Shown in pieces: positions 36,508-47,619 of a stretch of 64,000 nucleotides of DNA. Every line of letters begins with the position of its first letter. Within the stretch, counting starts at the first letter, position 1. Under the pieces are notes generated by a model. It made no database searches and was not told where the DNA came from. It was given only the letters and a program-made list of their open reading frames with translations. The stretch comes from an uncultured Methanosarcinales archaeon (GTDB lineage Archaea; Nanobdellota; Nanobdellia; Woesearchaeales; GW2011-AR9). Made by a program: the position numbers and the translations under genes. The stretch covers positions 2,643 through 66,642 of the forward strand of contig CAZKIP010000005.1 of assembly GCA_964552945.1 (NCBI GenBank), read 5' to 3'.

Positions 36508-39500
36508 AAAGAAAAATAAGAAGTAAAAAAGCGGAGAAATGCCTGCACAAGGAAAGAGTTATCCTAGTAATGTTACTCTCAGCAGTACTGCTATTCTTCT
36601 TAGCAAGTAGTCCAAACTTTGGAACTAAAACTATTGTCGATTCGGTAGATTATTTTAATCAAGTTAGCTTATTTGATGGGAGTTCTATAACAGGAGCAGC
36701 CGTTATTGGCATATCTAGTACCGACAATGACGATGATTTAGGAACTTTTGTTGATGATTTTGCTGATGGGATAAGTAATACTTCAAGATGGTTCAATCAT
36801 ACAACTAGAATGACCATACATCATGAAAATGAATTGATGAGATTTAATGCCTCATTAGCTTCAACTGAAGGAAACGCATCAATTATAACTATAGAGAATT
36901 TGTCTATGCATTCATTTAATATAACTGCAAATGTAACCTTACAAAATACATCAGATAGTCTTTCTACTGATGCATTGGCAACAATAGAATTAAGTTTATT
37001 TAACCAAACTAACCTTTCTCAAACCACAACATGTTCAGTAAATTTAGAAGAATCCTCAGGTGGAGCATATTATTTATATTTCGGAAACTCCACCACAAGT
37101 AATCCACCTCCAACAATTATTAATGCAGAAATGGCAAATATTGGAGATAATTTGACAGGACTCCTGAGAATGGAGTATATTAATGACACTGAAACAATCA
37201 ATTGTACTTTTACCACTGGATTTGATTCTTACTCTGTCAAAGGTGTTACTAAAGACATAGGACAAGATTTTGGAGCAGGCATTTTATCACAATTAACTAC
37301 TCAAGGAGGTGCCGCTTCAGGTGATGTGAATGCCACAATTGCGTCATTTAATTATAGTTTGGCTCCAGTTGCAAGTGCAAATAACGAACCTACCTCTACC
37401 ATCCTTCTAAACACAACAGATTTAACAGCAAACGATACCAATCAAAACTTAACAGCTTATTCAGAGACAAGTGATTTAGACAATGATGATGTATTTGTTG
37501 TTTACAATTGGTTATTAAATGGTTCATCTGTGATGGTCCTAAACATGCCTTTCTTGCCAAATGACAATAATGAAAGTGCTTCTACCCACAACTATGCTCT
37601 TGGTGATAATGGAAATAATACAGGAGGGGCATCATGGAACTCCACAGGAGGTTTTGATTTCAATGGCAGCTATGAATTTGATAGTATCGATGATTATCTT
37701 TCTTTAGAAAATTCCGGCCAATATGAACCTACCATGAATTTTAGCATAGAAGCATGGGTTTATGTAAAAGGCAGTGGAAACAACGGAGGACAAAATGGAA
37801 TCGTTAATAAAGACGGAGGGTTCAACGATGGTTTTAATTTTGCGATTGGTGATTCTTCTGCCCCAACAGTAAATTTTGGAACTGGAGATTCTGGAGCCAG
37901 TGACATTGAAACAATCACAGAATTAAATCTCAACGAATGGACCCATGTTGTTGCTTCATATAATGGAAGTAATACTTCAATTTACATCAATGGCGCGTTA
38001 GACTTTGTTGGTACAAGAACTGGTGCTTTAGCCTATAGTACAGGCGATTTAGAAATAGGAAGAAATAGGGATACACCACCCGGACAGGAAGGATATTTCA
38101 ATGGTTCCATTGACAACGTTAGAATTTGGAATATAACTTTAACCCCTGAACAAATTTCTGCTCTTTACAAAAATAGAACAGACCTAATCGTTTCACAAGA
38201 ATTAAGTGTAGGAGATAATTGGACAGTAGATGTAACTCCAAACGATGGAGTTCTTGATGGAGCAATTAATAGATCTAACGATTTGTTGGTGTTAGATGTT
38301 ACTGCACCAGCAGCCAACAATGACCCTACCTCTACCATCCTTCTAAACACAACAGATTTAACTAAAAATGATACCAATCAAAACTTAACAGCTTATGTAG
38401 ACACAAGTGATTTAGATGCTGATACAGTAAACGTTGTTTACAACTGGTTATTAAATGGTTCATCTGTGATGGTCCTAAATATGCCTTTCCTACCAAATGA
38501 TGGAAATGAAACTGCTTCTACCCACAACTATGCTCTTGGAGATAATGGAAATGTTACTGGTGCTACATGGAATTCTACAGGTGGTTTTGATTTCAATGGC
38601 AGTTATGAATTTGATAGTGTTGATGATTACATTTCTATAAGAGATAGAAGTGAGTTTGAATTAACCTCAAATATAACAATAGAAGCGTGGTTCTATTTGA
38701 AAGGCAATGGGAGCACAGGGATTAGTGGTCTTTTAAATAAAGATGGTGGGTTTGGCAATGGATTTGATATTGAATTAGGAACTGATGATCTTTTGAATGT
38801 AGCTTTCAACACCGGAGATTTTGGATCAACAACTTTAGAAACTGCTGCAAACGCAATTTCTCTTAACAGATGGACCCATTTGGTAATAATGTATAATGGA
38901 AGCAATACTTCTATTTATATTGATGGCGCTTTAAATGTAGTTGGTACGAAAACTGGCGCATTAACTTACAGCACTGGAGATTTAGAGATAGGTAGGGCAA
39001 TTAACTCCAGTGGACAAGAGGGTTATTTCAATGGTTCCATAGATAACGTTAGAATTTGGAATAGAACTTTAACCCCTGAACAAATTTCTGCACTCTACAA
39101 AAACAGGACAGATTTAATAGTTTCTCAAGAATTGAATGTAGGAGATAATTGGACAGTAGATGTAACTCCAAACGATGGAGTTCTTGATGGAGCAATTAAT
39201 AGATCTAACGATTTGTTGGTGTTAGACATAGTTGCAGCTGCTCCTAGTTGTGGAACTCTTACTTCTAATACTACTTTAACAGAGGACATTAATTCTACTG
39301 AAACATGTTTCACTATTGGTGCTCATGGAATTACTTTAGATTGTGATAATTATTTAATCAACTATTCCACAGAAGGTAGCGGAAATGGAATAGATAATAC
39401 AGGATATCACAACGTAACAATTAAAGATTGTAGGATTGAACAATACGGAAATACAGGAGAAGCAATTCTATGGGATGACGCTAGAAGTGGTAAATTAATT

Positions 39501-42425
39501 AACAACACCATTATAACTTACACTGCAACATCGCCAGCAATTTTTATACCTCCAAATTCCAATAATACTTATATCACAAAAAACAACCTAACTACAAAAG
39601 ATAACTCTTATGCCCTAGATGTTGTTGGAAGAGACAACAACATTACAAATAATACCTTTTTATCAACTAATTCAGCTGGGATAAGAGTTGTTTATGCTCA
39701 AGGGGTGAAGAATTTATTCAAAAACAATTTCATCCAAGGATATCCTTTTGGTTCCATTGGAATTGATGTAAACAACCTCAATAATACTTTTTTAAACAAT
39801 ACAATAATCATGAATAGTTCTTCATCATGGGGAGTTCGTATTACAGATGGTAACTACACTCATCTTGAAAACAATACAATAAATGTAACAGGAGCAACAA
39901 GCTATGGGATATATCTTTCTGATAGTTCTGAAAGAAACTCTTTAATTAACAATCTTCTAGAAACTAATTCCTCAGATTCATTTTCAATTTTCGATGAAAC
40001 TGATGACAATAAAATAAATTATATGAGTTACATTAACGCATCAAGCAAAATTGAATGGGTGGATAATGGATCAAGAAGTTTCTTAAGAAATTTAACTTTT
40101 AATGGGACCATTGGTCCAAATACAAACATTTATTTAGGAAATGGAACCGTAGCTGTCGATACATCGGCATTTGACAATGGAAAAATTAATTCTACTGTCA
40201 ACATTACTTTTTATGGATTAGATTTAGAATTTGCAGATGCAGTTATCAAAATCCATAGTTTTAGCACAGATGGTGTAACCATAGATAGTTCAGGTTCAGA
40301 TTGTGTAGGAGATTCTTGTGAGATTATTAGTTACACTGGAGGGACTTTAAGATTCAATAGTACATCATTGGGAAGTTTATTTGCAAACAACTCAGAGGAT
40401 TTAACTCCACCAAATGTAACCATCCTAACTCCAATAAACACAAGTAATTTTTCAAAAACATCTAGTAATCAAACATTTAACGTAAGTATTAATGAGGCTA
40501 ATATTTATGGGGTATTATTCATTTTTGATAATGGTTCTGGAGTAGATTTCAACATTACAGCAAATAACAATTCGGGATATTGGGCTGCACCATACAACGT
40601 TTCCACTTTGGCAGAAGGAACACAAACAGTTAGAGTGTCTGCAAATGATACGGCAGGAAACATAAATAGTACACAACAGGTTACAATTACAACAGATTAT
40701 ACAGCCCCAAATGTAACTATCATCTCACCAACTAACAGAAGCAATTACTCCTTTACTTCAAGCAATCAAACGTTCAACACATCAGTATTTGATGCAAACA
40801 TCAAAACAGTCTGGTTCTCATTTGATAATGGAACGGGAACAGATTTTAACATTACAGCAAATAATAACTCTGGGTATTGGGCTGCACCATACAATGTATC
40901 AACACTAGCAGAAGGAACACAAACAATAACGATTATAGCAAACGATTCAGCAGGAAATGTAAACACAACACAAAGCATTACAATAACAACTGATTACACT
41001 GTACCTGTAGTTAACATCACATTCCCAACTAACGGAACCAATTTCAGCATTGGATCTTATAATCAAACTTTCAATGTAAGTATCCAAGAAAGAGACATAG
41101 GAACTGTCTTATTTAATTTTGATAATTCATCCGGAACAGGATTCAACCTTACTCCAACAAATCAATCAGGATATTGGGTAGCTAGTTACAATGTTTCAAA
41201 GCTAGCAAATGGAACACACCTATTAACAATTTTAGTTAACGACACTGTAAACAATAAAAATAATACGCAAACAATAAATTTCACTTTTGATAATAGAACA
41301 ATGCCTGTCGCTCCTGCCCCTGCAGGTGCAGGAAATACAGGAAGTAGTGGAGGAGGAGGTTCAAGTTCCTCCTCTGATTCAGGAGGGGGAGGGTCCCTTC
41401 CAATAAAAGAACCCGCTCCTAAATCGGTTGCCCCTGAAGATTTTGAAAAATCAGAAAAAGATGTTGTAGAAGAAAAAGTAGAAAAAGAAGATTCAAGTGA
41501 ACAAGTAGATTCAAAAGGAGTAGCCGCAACTACTATAAAAGCCCTTAAATCTGCCAAGTCTACTTTTAGCGCAACTGGGAAAGCATTTTTCTCTGGAGAA
41601 TTTTTATTAGATATGTCTGGGGTTTGGATTCTATTAATCTCCCTAATGTTACTTTCTGTATTGTTATTATTTGTTACCTTTAGACACAAGAAGCGCTTTA
41701 TCCCTTATTATGTTTCAGATTATCCCTCTCCAGAATTACAAGTTGAAAGAACCAGCCATTTACGCCAATTAAGATCACAAGTAAGAAATGCGGGTGCTGG
41801 AGTTAAGAGAGAAATTAGTTCTTTATTAGCTAAAGGAAGAATTCATCAAACTTCTTTGAAATGGCTACAGAATTGGGTCGAAACGATGCAAGGCAAAGGA
41901 GATTCGGAAGCTAAAATAAAGAGCTTATTACAACATAATCCTAATGTGACCCCTCAGATGATTAAAGTGGTTTTAGATAGAATAAAAGCTAAAAAGTTAT
42001 TGCAGAAGAAATATTCTCTATCCTTAAAAGAATTAGAGAAAATTGAAAAAGTGGTACTTAAGTTAGTTAAAAAAGGAAAAACCATCTCTGAGATAAAATC
42101 TATCTTCTCTGAAAATGGGTGGGATTCTTCAATCCTAGGTCCTTTTATTGAAGCATATTCCAAACTAGTACGTAAAAGAAAATTTGTTGCTTATGGTGCA
42201 CTTCAAATTTCACAAAAATTAGCAAGAAAAATGGTCAAAAAAACTCACAATTTATCTTCCATCGAGATAAAACAATTAGAATCTTTCATTGACGATTGTT
42301 ATAATAGAAACATTCCTATGGGGGAAGTAGTTGATGGTTTGGTTGAAAGTGGATGGACTTACAAGGAGATTGATTCATTGGTTAGAATACGTTATCGGAT
42401 GGGCCTTTATAATGTTGTCCTATGA
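36504..42425 (+). CDS. Giant (1973 aa) cell-surface protein: signal/TM, two LamG-like domains, right-handed beta-helix region, three Ig-like repeats, G/S/P linker, TM anchor and ~270-aa cytoplasmic tail; extremely rich in N-x-S/T sequons
   Basis: LamG signatures (W.HV...YNG.N.SIYING...GYFNGSIDNVRIWN) twice; NNTI/NNLT beta-helix repeats; three ~95-aa repeats (P.NVTI..P.N.SN.S....NQTFN ... SGYWAAPYNVSTLAEGTQT); C-terminal TM VWILLISLMLLSVLLLFVTF. Confidence 0.7.
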   Translation: MKRKIRSKKAEKCLHKERVILVMLLSAVLLFFLASSPNFGTKTIVDSVDYFNQVSLFDGSSITGAAVIGISSTDNDDDLGTFVDDFADGISNTSRWFNHTTRMTIHHENELMRFNASLASTEGNASIITIENLSMHSFNITANVTLQNTSDSLSTDALATIELSLFNQTNLSQTTTCSVNLEESSGGAYYLYFGNSTTSNPPPTIINAEMANIGDNLTGLLRMEYINDTETINCTFTTGFDSYSVKGVTKDIGQDFGAGILSQLTTQGGAASGDVNATIASFNYSLAPVASANNEPTSTILLNTTDLTANDTNQNLTAYSETSDLDNDDVFVVYNWLLNGSSVMVLNMPFLPNDNNESASTHNYALGDNGNNTGGASWNSTGGFDFNGSYEFDSIDDYLSLENSGQYEPTMNFSIEAWVYVKGSGNNGGQNGIVNKDGGFNDGFNFAIGDSSAPTVNFGTGDSGASDIETITELNLNEWTHVVASYNGSNTSIYINGALDFVGTRTGALAYSTGDLEIGRNRDTPPGQEGYFNGSIDNVRIWNITLTPEQISALYKNRTDLIVSQELSVGDNWTVDVTPNDGVLDGAINRSNDLLVLDVTAPAANNDPTSTILLNTTDLTKNDTNQNLTAYVDTSDLDADTVNVVYNWLLNGSSVMVLNMPFLPNDGNETASTHNYALGDNGNVTGATWNSTGGFDFNGSYEFDSVDDYISIRDRSEFELTSNITIEAWFYLKGNGSTGISGLLNKDGGFGNGFDIELGTDDLLNVAFNTGDFGSTTLETAANAISLNRWTHLVIMYNGSNTSIYIDGALNVVGTKTGALTYSTGDLEIGRAINSSGQEGYFNGSIDNVRIWNRTLTPEQISALYKNRTDLIVSQELNVGDNWTVDVTPNDGVLDGAINRSNDLLVLDIVAAAPSCGTLTSNTTLTEDINSTETCFTIGAHGITLDCDNYLINYSTEGSGNGIDNTGYHNVTIKDCRIEQYGNTGEAILWDDARSGKLINNTIITYTATSPAIFIPPNSNNTYITKNNLTTKDNSYALDVVGRDNNITNNTFLSTNSAGIRVVYAQGVKNLFKNNFIQGYPFGSIGIDVNNLNNTFLNNTIIMNSSSSWGVRITDGNYTHLENNTINVTGATSYGIYLSDSSERNSLINNLLETNSSDSFSIFDETDDNKINYMSYINASSKIEWVDNGSRSFLRNLTFNGTIGPNTNIYLGNGTVAVDTSAFDNGKINSTVNITFYGLDLEFADAVIKIHSFSTDGVTIDSSGSDCVGDSCEIISYTGGTLRFNSTSLGSLFANNSEDLTPPNVTILTPINTSNFSKTSSNQTFNVSINEANIYGVLFIFDNGSGVDFNITANNNSGYWAAPYNVSTLAEGTQTVRVSANDTAGNINSTQQVTITTDYTAPNVTIISPTNRSNYSFTSSNQTFNTSVFDANIKTVWFSFDNGTGTDFNITANNNSGYWAAPYNVSTLAEGTQTITIIANDSAGNVNTTQSITITTDYTVPVVNITFPTNGTNFSIGSYNQTFNVSIQERDIGTVLFNFDNSSGTGFNLTPTNQSGYWVASYNVSKLANGTHLLTILVNDTVNNKNNTQTINFTFDNRTMPVAPAPAGAGNTGSSGGGGSSSSSDSGGGGSLPIKEPAPKSVAPEDFEKSEKDVVEEKVEKEDSSEQVDSKGVAATTIKALKSAKSTFSATGKAFFSGEFLLDMSGVWILLISLMLLSVLLLFVTFRHKKRFIPYYVSDYPSPELQVERTSHLRQLRSQVRNAGAGVKREISSLLAKGRIHQTSLKWLQNWVETMQGKGDSEAKIKSLLQHNPNVTPQMIKVVLDRIKAKKLLQKKYSLSLKELEKIEKVVLKLVKKGKTISEIKSIFSENGWDSSILGPFIEAYSKLVRKRKFVAYGALQISQKLARKMVKKTHNLSSIEIKQLESFIDDCYNRNIPMGEVVDGLVESGWTYKEIDSLVRIRYRMGLYNVVL
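37385..39236 (+). repeat. Near-identical ~930-bp tandem duplication inside the giant surface-protein gene (copy 1 ~37385-38315, copy 2 ~38323-39236)
   Basis: Long stretches identical between copies (e.g. 38190-38300 vs 39128-39236); also shown by identical antisense ORF peptides at 38165-38377 and 39125-39313. Confidence 0.75.
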
Positions 42426-42570
42426 AGAATTCTCTAAACCACGATCACATGATTGGTCTCCGAAAACATCTCTCAAGAACCGCAACCTTTATAAAGCCCT
42501 GCTCTCTATTTTTTATACTACTTTATCGTCGATAAAATAACTTATAAAAATCTTAAATTATGTATTAAAA

Positions 42571-45033
42571 ATGACCCATTCAGAAATACAAAAAAGCTCA
42601 GATCATGACAAAATTGTTCCTCGTGTTATTGAGGAGGAAATGAAGACAGCTTACATTAATTATGCCATGTCAGTTATTGTAGGTAGGGCCCTTCCAGATG
42701 TCAGAGACGGCTTAAAACCAGTGCATAGGAGGATCCTATATGCTATGTTTGAAATTGGTTTAACTCACAATAAGTCTTTTAAAAAATGTGCTAGAATTGT
42801 AGGTCAAGTTTTAGGTGCATATCATCCTCATGGTGATGCTTCAGTTTACGATGCTTTGGTGAGAATGGCACAAGATTTCTCGCTCCGTTATCCATTAATT
42901 AGGGGACAGGGTAATTTTGGTTCCATTGATGGTGATTCTGCAGCTGCATATCGTTATACAGAAGCTAAGTTAAACAAGTTTGCTGAGGAACTTCTCAAAG
43001 ATATTGATAAAAAAACAGTTATTTTTAAAGACAATTTTGACGGTTCTCTACAAGAACCTTCGGTTCTTCCATCTAAGATTCCTAACCTTTTGGTAAATGG
43101 TTCTTCTGGTATCGCCGTAGGAATGGCTACCAACATCCCCCCTCACAATTTAACTGAAGTTTGTGAAGGAGTTATTTCATTAATTGATAATCCTGAAATT
43201 ACTGTTGAAGAATTAATTAAAATTATTCCTGGTCCCGATTTTCCTACTGGGGGGACTATTAATTGTGGGAGTGCTCTTTATCATGCTTATGCTCACGGGA
43301 AAGGTAAAGTAACAATAAAAGCGGTATCCGATGTTACGGATAGTAAAATAATTATTAGCGAGATTCCTTATCAAGTTAACAAGGAAGAGATGATTAAACA
43401 AATTGCTAATTTAGTTAGAGACAAAGTTATTACAGGAATTCGTAATATTAACGATGAATCTGATAAAGATGGGATTAGGGTTGTAATTGATCTTAAACAA
43501 GGTACAGATGGTCAAGTCATTTTAAATCAACTTTACAAACATAGTCGTTTAAAAATTTCTTTTGGGATGAATATGCTGGCTTTAGTAGATTCTCGGCCTC
43601 GAGTTCTTGGATTGAAAGATATTTTGCATTATCACATTCTCCATAGAAAAGAAGTAATTACCAATAAAACAAAATATGAGTTGGAACAAGCTCAGAAGAG
43701 GGTCCACATTTTAGATGGATTACTTGTTGCGCTTAACAATATTGATGAAATTATTCCAGGTATAAAGAGAAGTAGGACAGTAGATGAAGCAGAACTATTT
43801 CTAATGGAAGGATACTCTCTTTCTAAGATTCAAGCCAAAGCCGTTTTAGAGATGCGATTACAGAAATTGGCTTCTTTGGAGCAAGATAAAATTAGGGATG
43901 AACACAAAAGTTTATTGGAAAAAATTGAAGAATTTTTAGCAATTTTATCTTCTGAAGAAAAAGTTCTAAACATTATCAAGCAAGAAATGGAAGAAATGAA
44001 AAACAATTATGGAGATGAAAGGCGTTCACAAATTGTTATTGGGGATGATGACGGCGGATTTGACATTGAAGAATTGATTGAAGAAGGAACCGCTGTTGTA
44101 ACTCTTACCAATGCAGGATATGCAAAAAGACTGTCTATTGATACCTATAAAGTTCAACATAGAGGGGGAAGGGGGGTAAAAGCTGCTGGAACAAAAGATG
44201 AAGATTTTGTAGAAAGATTATATGTTACTTCAACTCACGATTATCTTCTTTGTTTTACCGATAAAGGACAAGTTTACTGGCTTAAAGTTTATTTAATACC
44301 TGAAGGAAGTCGTCAATCTAAAGGGAAACATATCGCAAATTTACTTGAACTTAAAGAAGGAGAAAAAATAAATGCCATAATCCCCGTCCGTGATTTTAAA
44401 GAAGGCTATCTATTCATGGCAACTAAGAAAGGAACGGTTAAGAAAACTGAACTAACTTGTTTCTCAAAACCTCGAAAAGGAGGAATTAGGGCCATTGCTC
44501 TAGATGATGACGACTCTTTAATTGGTGTTAAACATACTTCTGGAGAGAAAGAGATTATATTAGCTACCAAAGAAGGTCAAGCAAATCGTTTTAATGAACA
44601 AAATGTCCGTCCAATGGGTAGAACAGCAAGAGGAGTTCGAGGAATTCGTCTTAAGGGAGAAGAAGATTATGTTATTGGTATGATTATTGCAGAAGAAGGT
44701 AAAAATATTCTTACTTTGACAGAGAAAGGTTATGGTAAAAGAACTCCAATTAGTGATTATCGGTTATGTAATAGAGGAGGGAAAGGAGTTACAAACATTA
44801 AGGTTACAGAAAAGAATGGTCCAGTTCAATCTATCAAAGTAACAAGTGGCGATGAAGAATTAATGCTTGTATCTAAGCAAGGTATTGGAATAAGGATAAG
44901 ATGTGATTCTATCTCAACTATTGGAAGGGCTACTCAAGGAGTTAGAGTGATGAGATTGGGCGAAGGAGATCAACTTGCTGCCGCAGCAAAAATTGTTATT
45001 GAAGATGAAAATGTGGAAGAAACTGAAGAATGA
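42571..45033 (+). CDS. gyrA: DNA gyrase subunit A
   Basis: N-terminal [28 protein letters not shown], active-site Tyr region, GyrA-box [12 protein letters not shown] and C-terminal beta-pinwheel repeats; 820 aa. Confidence 0.85.
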   Translation: MTHSEIQKSSDHDKIVPRVIEEEMKTAYINYAMSVIVGRALPDVRDGLKPVHRRILYAMFEIGLTHNKSFKKCARIVGQVLGAYHPHGDASVYDALVRMAQDFSLRYPLIRGQGNFGSIDGDSAAAYRYTEAKLNKFAEELLKDIDKKTVIFKDNFDGSLQEPSVLPSKIPNLLVNGSSGIAVGMATNIPPHNLTEVCEGVISLIDNPEITVEELIKIIPGPDFPTGGTINCGSALYHAYAHGKGKVTIKAVSDVTDSKIIISEIPYQVNKEEMIKQIANLVRDKVITGIRNINDESDKDGIRVVIDLKQGTDGQVILNQLYKHSRLKISFGMNMLALVDSRPRVLGLKDILHYHILHRKEVITNKTKYELEQAQKRVHILDGLLVALNNIDEIIPGIKRSRTVDEAELFLMEGYSLSKIQAKAVLEMRLQKLASLEQDKIRDEHKSLLEKIEEFLAILSSEEKVLNIIKQEMEEMKNNYGDERRSQIVIGDDDGGFDIEELIEEGTAVVTLTNAGYAKRLSIDTYKVQHRGGRGVKAAGTKDEDFVERLYVTSTHDYLLCFTDKGQVYWLKVYLIPEGSRQSKGKHIANLLELKEGEKINAIIPVRDFKEGYLFMATKKGTVKKTELTCFSKPRKGGIRAIALDDDDSLIGVKHTSGEKEIILATKEGQANRFNEQNVRPMGRTARGVRGIRLKGEEDYVIGMIIAEEGKNILTLTEKGYGKRTPISDYRLCNRGGKGVTNIKVTEKNGPVQSIKVTSGDEELMLVSKQGIGIRIRCDSISTIGRATQGVRVMRLGEGDQLAAAAKIVIEDENVEETEE

Positions 45034-46127
45034 AATTTTATGCTTTATCAATTCCCGGATTGGAAAAACTTTCTCAAAATGAAATCAAAGATTTGTTATT
45101 CGTTTCTGCAGAGATAGATTCTTTGGCTCTGAGATTTTCTTTGGAGGGTAAAAAAGAAATAAGTGACTTCATTTCTCATTCTCAATCTATTAGAAGAATT
45201 GTTTTAGAAATATCTGAATGTTCTAATTTGGATAGCTTATCCTTTGATAAGATAGAATTTCCTTGGAAGGAATTCTTTTCAGATTCATTAAGTTTTAAAG
45301 TTGGCGTAGAAGGTGTTAAGGGACAGGACAATCGTCTTGTAATTGCTAAGAAAGTTGTTGGAGAATTAATTTCTGTTTTAGAAAAGAATGATATAAAACC
45401 CGAAATTGAGTTGAAAAAACCAGATTTTTTAGTTAATGTTTTCTTCACTAACAATACTTATTTGATTGGTATTGATTTAGCTGGAGATGAACTTAATTCT
45501 CGCGAATACCGCGTGTTCCCTCACTCAGCTTCTTTTAAAGGAGATCTTGCTTATTATTTTGTTCGAAGGTCAGGTTTTGTTTCTGGAAATAAACTTTTGA
45601 GTGGATTTTGTAAAGATGGAGTTCTATCTATTGAGGCAGCTTTTTTTTCAGAAAAAAAAGAATGGAATTCTCTCTCTAAATTATCTCTGTCTAAATTTTC
45701 TTTTTTTAAAGATACGCTCAATAATTCTTTTGATAATGATAAGGACAATCAAGATTCAACTCAAGAACCAAAAATAATGGCCTTTGATGAAAGTTCCCAA
45801 AACATAATTGCTGCCAGAAAGAACGCAAAATTGGGAAAAGTGAGTAATAAAATTAATTTTCACAAATATTCCCTGGAAGAATTAGATTTAAAATTTGAAA
45901 AGGAAATGTTTGATAACCTTATTTTTCAAATAACTACCAAAGATGAGAGTAAGATTAATGAGATTTATTATCAAGCCAGTTACATTCTAAAAAAAGGTGG
46001 AAAAATGTTAATTATAGGAAGAAAAAACTGGGAATTATCAATTTCAGATAAATTTAATTTAATCTCTAAAGAGGATTTCATCCATGGTCAGAGTACAATT
46101 ACCTCTTGGTTGTTGGAAAAGAAGTAA
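45030..46127 (+). CDS. THUMP-domain RNA methyltransferase (Trm14/RlmL-like, putative tRNA m2G methyltransferase)
   Basis: N-terminal THUMP-like region, R.Y..H.A.L..DLAYYF motif and degenerate SAM-binding region; start overlaps gyrA stop (ATGA). Confidence 0.45.
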   Translation: MKFYALSIPGLEKLSQNEIKDLLFVSAEIDSLALRFSLEGKKEISDFISHSQSIRRIVLEISECSNLDSLSFDKIEFPWKEFFSDSLSFKVGVEGVKGQDNRLVIAKKVVGELISVLEKNDIKPEIELKKPDFLVNVFFTNNTYLIGIDLAGDELNSREYRVFPHSASFKGDLAYYFVRRSGFVSGNKLLSGFCKDGVLSIEAAFFSEKKEWNSLSKLSLSKFSFFKDTLNNSFDNDKDNQDSTQEPKIMAFDESSQNIIAARKNAKLGKVSNKINFHKYSLEELDLKFEKEMFDNLIFQITTKDESKINEIYYQASYILKKGGKMLIIGRKNWELSISDKFNLISKEDFIHGQSTITSWLLEKK

Positions 46128-46185
46128 GCTCAAAAACAAATGTCAAAAACAAATTATTTAAATACTTTTAAAAGTTGTTTATGGT

Positions 46186-46941
46186 ATGACTAGCTTTATT
46201 GAGTTGGGAGAACGTGTAAAAAAATTTCTTAGATTTAGTAAGCAAGAGATGATTACCATTTTAATTGCTGTCTTTGTTACTGCTTTTATTTTTTCTTTTC
46301 GTGATTGGGGAGAAGATACTTTCAACTTAACCCTAGGGCTTACAAACCTATTTTTGGTTTTTCTTGTTGCAGGATTTTCTTTCTTTTTCAGGCAATCTTG
46401 CCAGAAAATCTATGCTTTAAGTACAGGATATAAAGCCGAATTCAAAATTTGGTGGGGAGGAATTGCAATTGCCCTAGTTTTTGCTTTCCTCAGTGCTGGA
46501 AGAATTCCTTTAATTATAGCAGGAACAATGGTTTCAGCATTTATGATAAAACAACGGTTGGGAGAGTTTAGGTATGGTTTTTCTTATGGAGAAGCATCTA
46601 TGACTGGAATGTGGGGCCTTCTTGGTAACTTAATTGCTGCCATTTTCTTTTCTATTGGCGCTTATTTTTTACCTGGCAATTATTTCTTTGATATGGGAGT
46701 ATTTCTTAACATAATCATGGCTTTTTGCTCTTTAATACCTTTACCACAACTCGATGGCCTTCATATTTTCTTTGGAAGTAGGGCTGTCTATGTTCTTGGC
46801 ATAATTTTTTCACTTTTAGCTACACTCTTACTTTTAGGTCACAAAGTAAATTTATTACCTCATAAAGTAGGTTTGGTTGCTGCTATAGTTATTGGTGTAG
46901 TTGGGGGAATAATTTATATTTTAGTGATGTCTGAAAAATAA
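46186..46941 (+). CDS. Polytopic membrane protein
   Basis: 251 aa, ~7 TM helices. Confidence 0.35.
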   Translation: MTSFIELGERVKKFLRFSKQEMITILIAVFVTAFIFSFRDWGEDTFNLTLGLTNLFLVFLVAGFSFFFRQSCQKIYALSTGYKAEFKIWWGGIAIALVFAFLSAGRIPLIIAGTMVSAFMIKQRLGEFRYGFSYGEASMTGMWGLLGNLIAAIFFSIGAYFLPGNYFFDMGVFLNIIMAFCSLIPLPQLDGLHIFFGSRAVYVLGIIFSLLATLLLLGHKVNLLPHKVGLVAAIVIGVVGGIIYILVMSEK

Positions 46942-46970
46942 GAATTTAAACAAAGTTAAAAAACATTAAA

Positions 46971-47312
46971 ATGGTAAAATATGAAGAACAATGGGCAGAA
47001 GTCTTTGCGGTAGTCTTTTTGGCCGTTGGATTTATTGTCTCAGTACTTATAAAAAGTGCTTATTATAGTTATTTGTCTGTCTTTCTGGGAGGATTTATTT
47101 CAGCCAGACTTTACTATTTAAAAAGGTTTAAAGAGCCAATTCTTCCCTTTATTTTAATCATTATAGGTTTTCTAGTTGGATATCTTGTAGGTAGCATTTG
47201 GGTAAGCAGATTTGTGGTATTTCTCTCATTTTGTATAGGTTTTGCTCTATCTTATTATTTACATAAGAAGAAAATTTTAGTAATGTTTAAAAGTGAGCTC
47301 TTCTTTAAGTAA
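46971..47312 (+). CDS. Small membrane protein
   Basis: 113 aa, 3 TM helices. Confidence 0.3.
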   Translation: MVKYEEQWAEVFAVVFLAVGFIVSVLIKSAYYSYLSVFLGGFISARLYYLKRFKEPILPFILIIIGFLVGYLVGSIWVSRFVVFLSFCIGFALSYYLHKKKILVMFKSELFFK

Positions 47313-47315
47313 AAT

Positions 47316-47615
47316 ATGGAGAAAAAATTTAATGCTAAGAGCGTAACCTTAAGTAGAAAACCAGGTAAAGATAAAGAAGGTTTATGGTCAGCCTTTATTG
47401 GAATATTTGATGAAAACAATCCTCATCTTAAAGGTCGCGCTCCTTTTAAAGTACTTGAGATTTCTCATGTAGAAAAAGTTCGTATTCGTGAACTTAGGAA
47501 TGTTTCTTATTATCTCCTTGGCAATGATATTATTATCAACAACCTTAAAGAAGTGATAATTAGTAAGGATAACAATATTGTTACTATTACTGGAAAACAG
47601 GATTTACCTAAATAA
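47316..47615 (+). CDS. Hypothetical protein
   Basis: 99-aa ORF directly upstream of hef. Confidence 0.25.
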   Translation: MEKKFNAKSVTLSRKPGKDKEGLWSAFIGIFDENNPHLKGRAPFKVLEISHVEKVRIRELRNVSYYLLGNDIIINNLKEVIISKDNNIVTITGKQDLPK

Positions 47616-47619
47616 ATAA

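Noticed and set aside
41186-41689. 167-aa antisense ORF inside the giant surface-protein gene (also 24380-24820, 12189-12626, 21600-21980, 8338-8577 inside other genes)
   Set aside because: All are embedded antisense to long, well-supported CDSs with domain signatures. Their compositions are biased (Ser/Pro/Phe-rich) and there are no start contexts.
42331-42540. 69-aa ORF between the giant gene and gyrA
   Set aside because: Overlaps the 3' end of the giant gene in another frame, and the remainder is the gyrA promoter region. No support.
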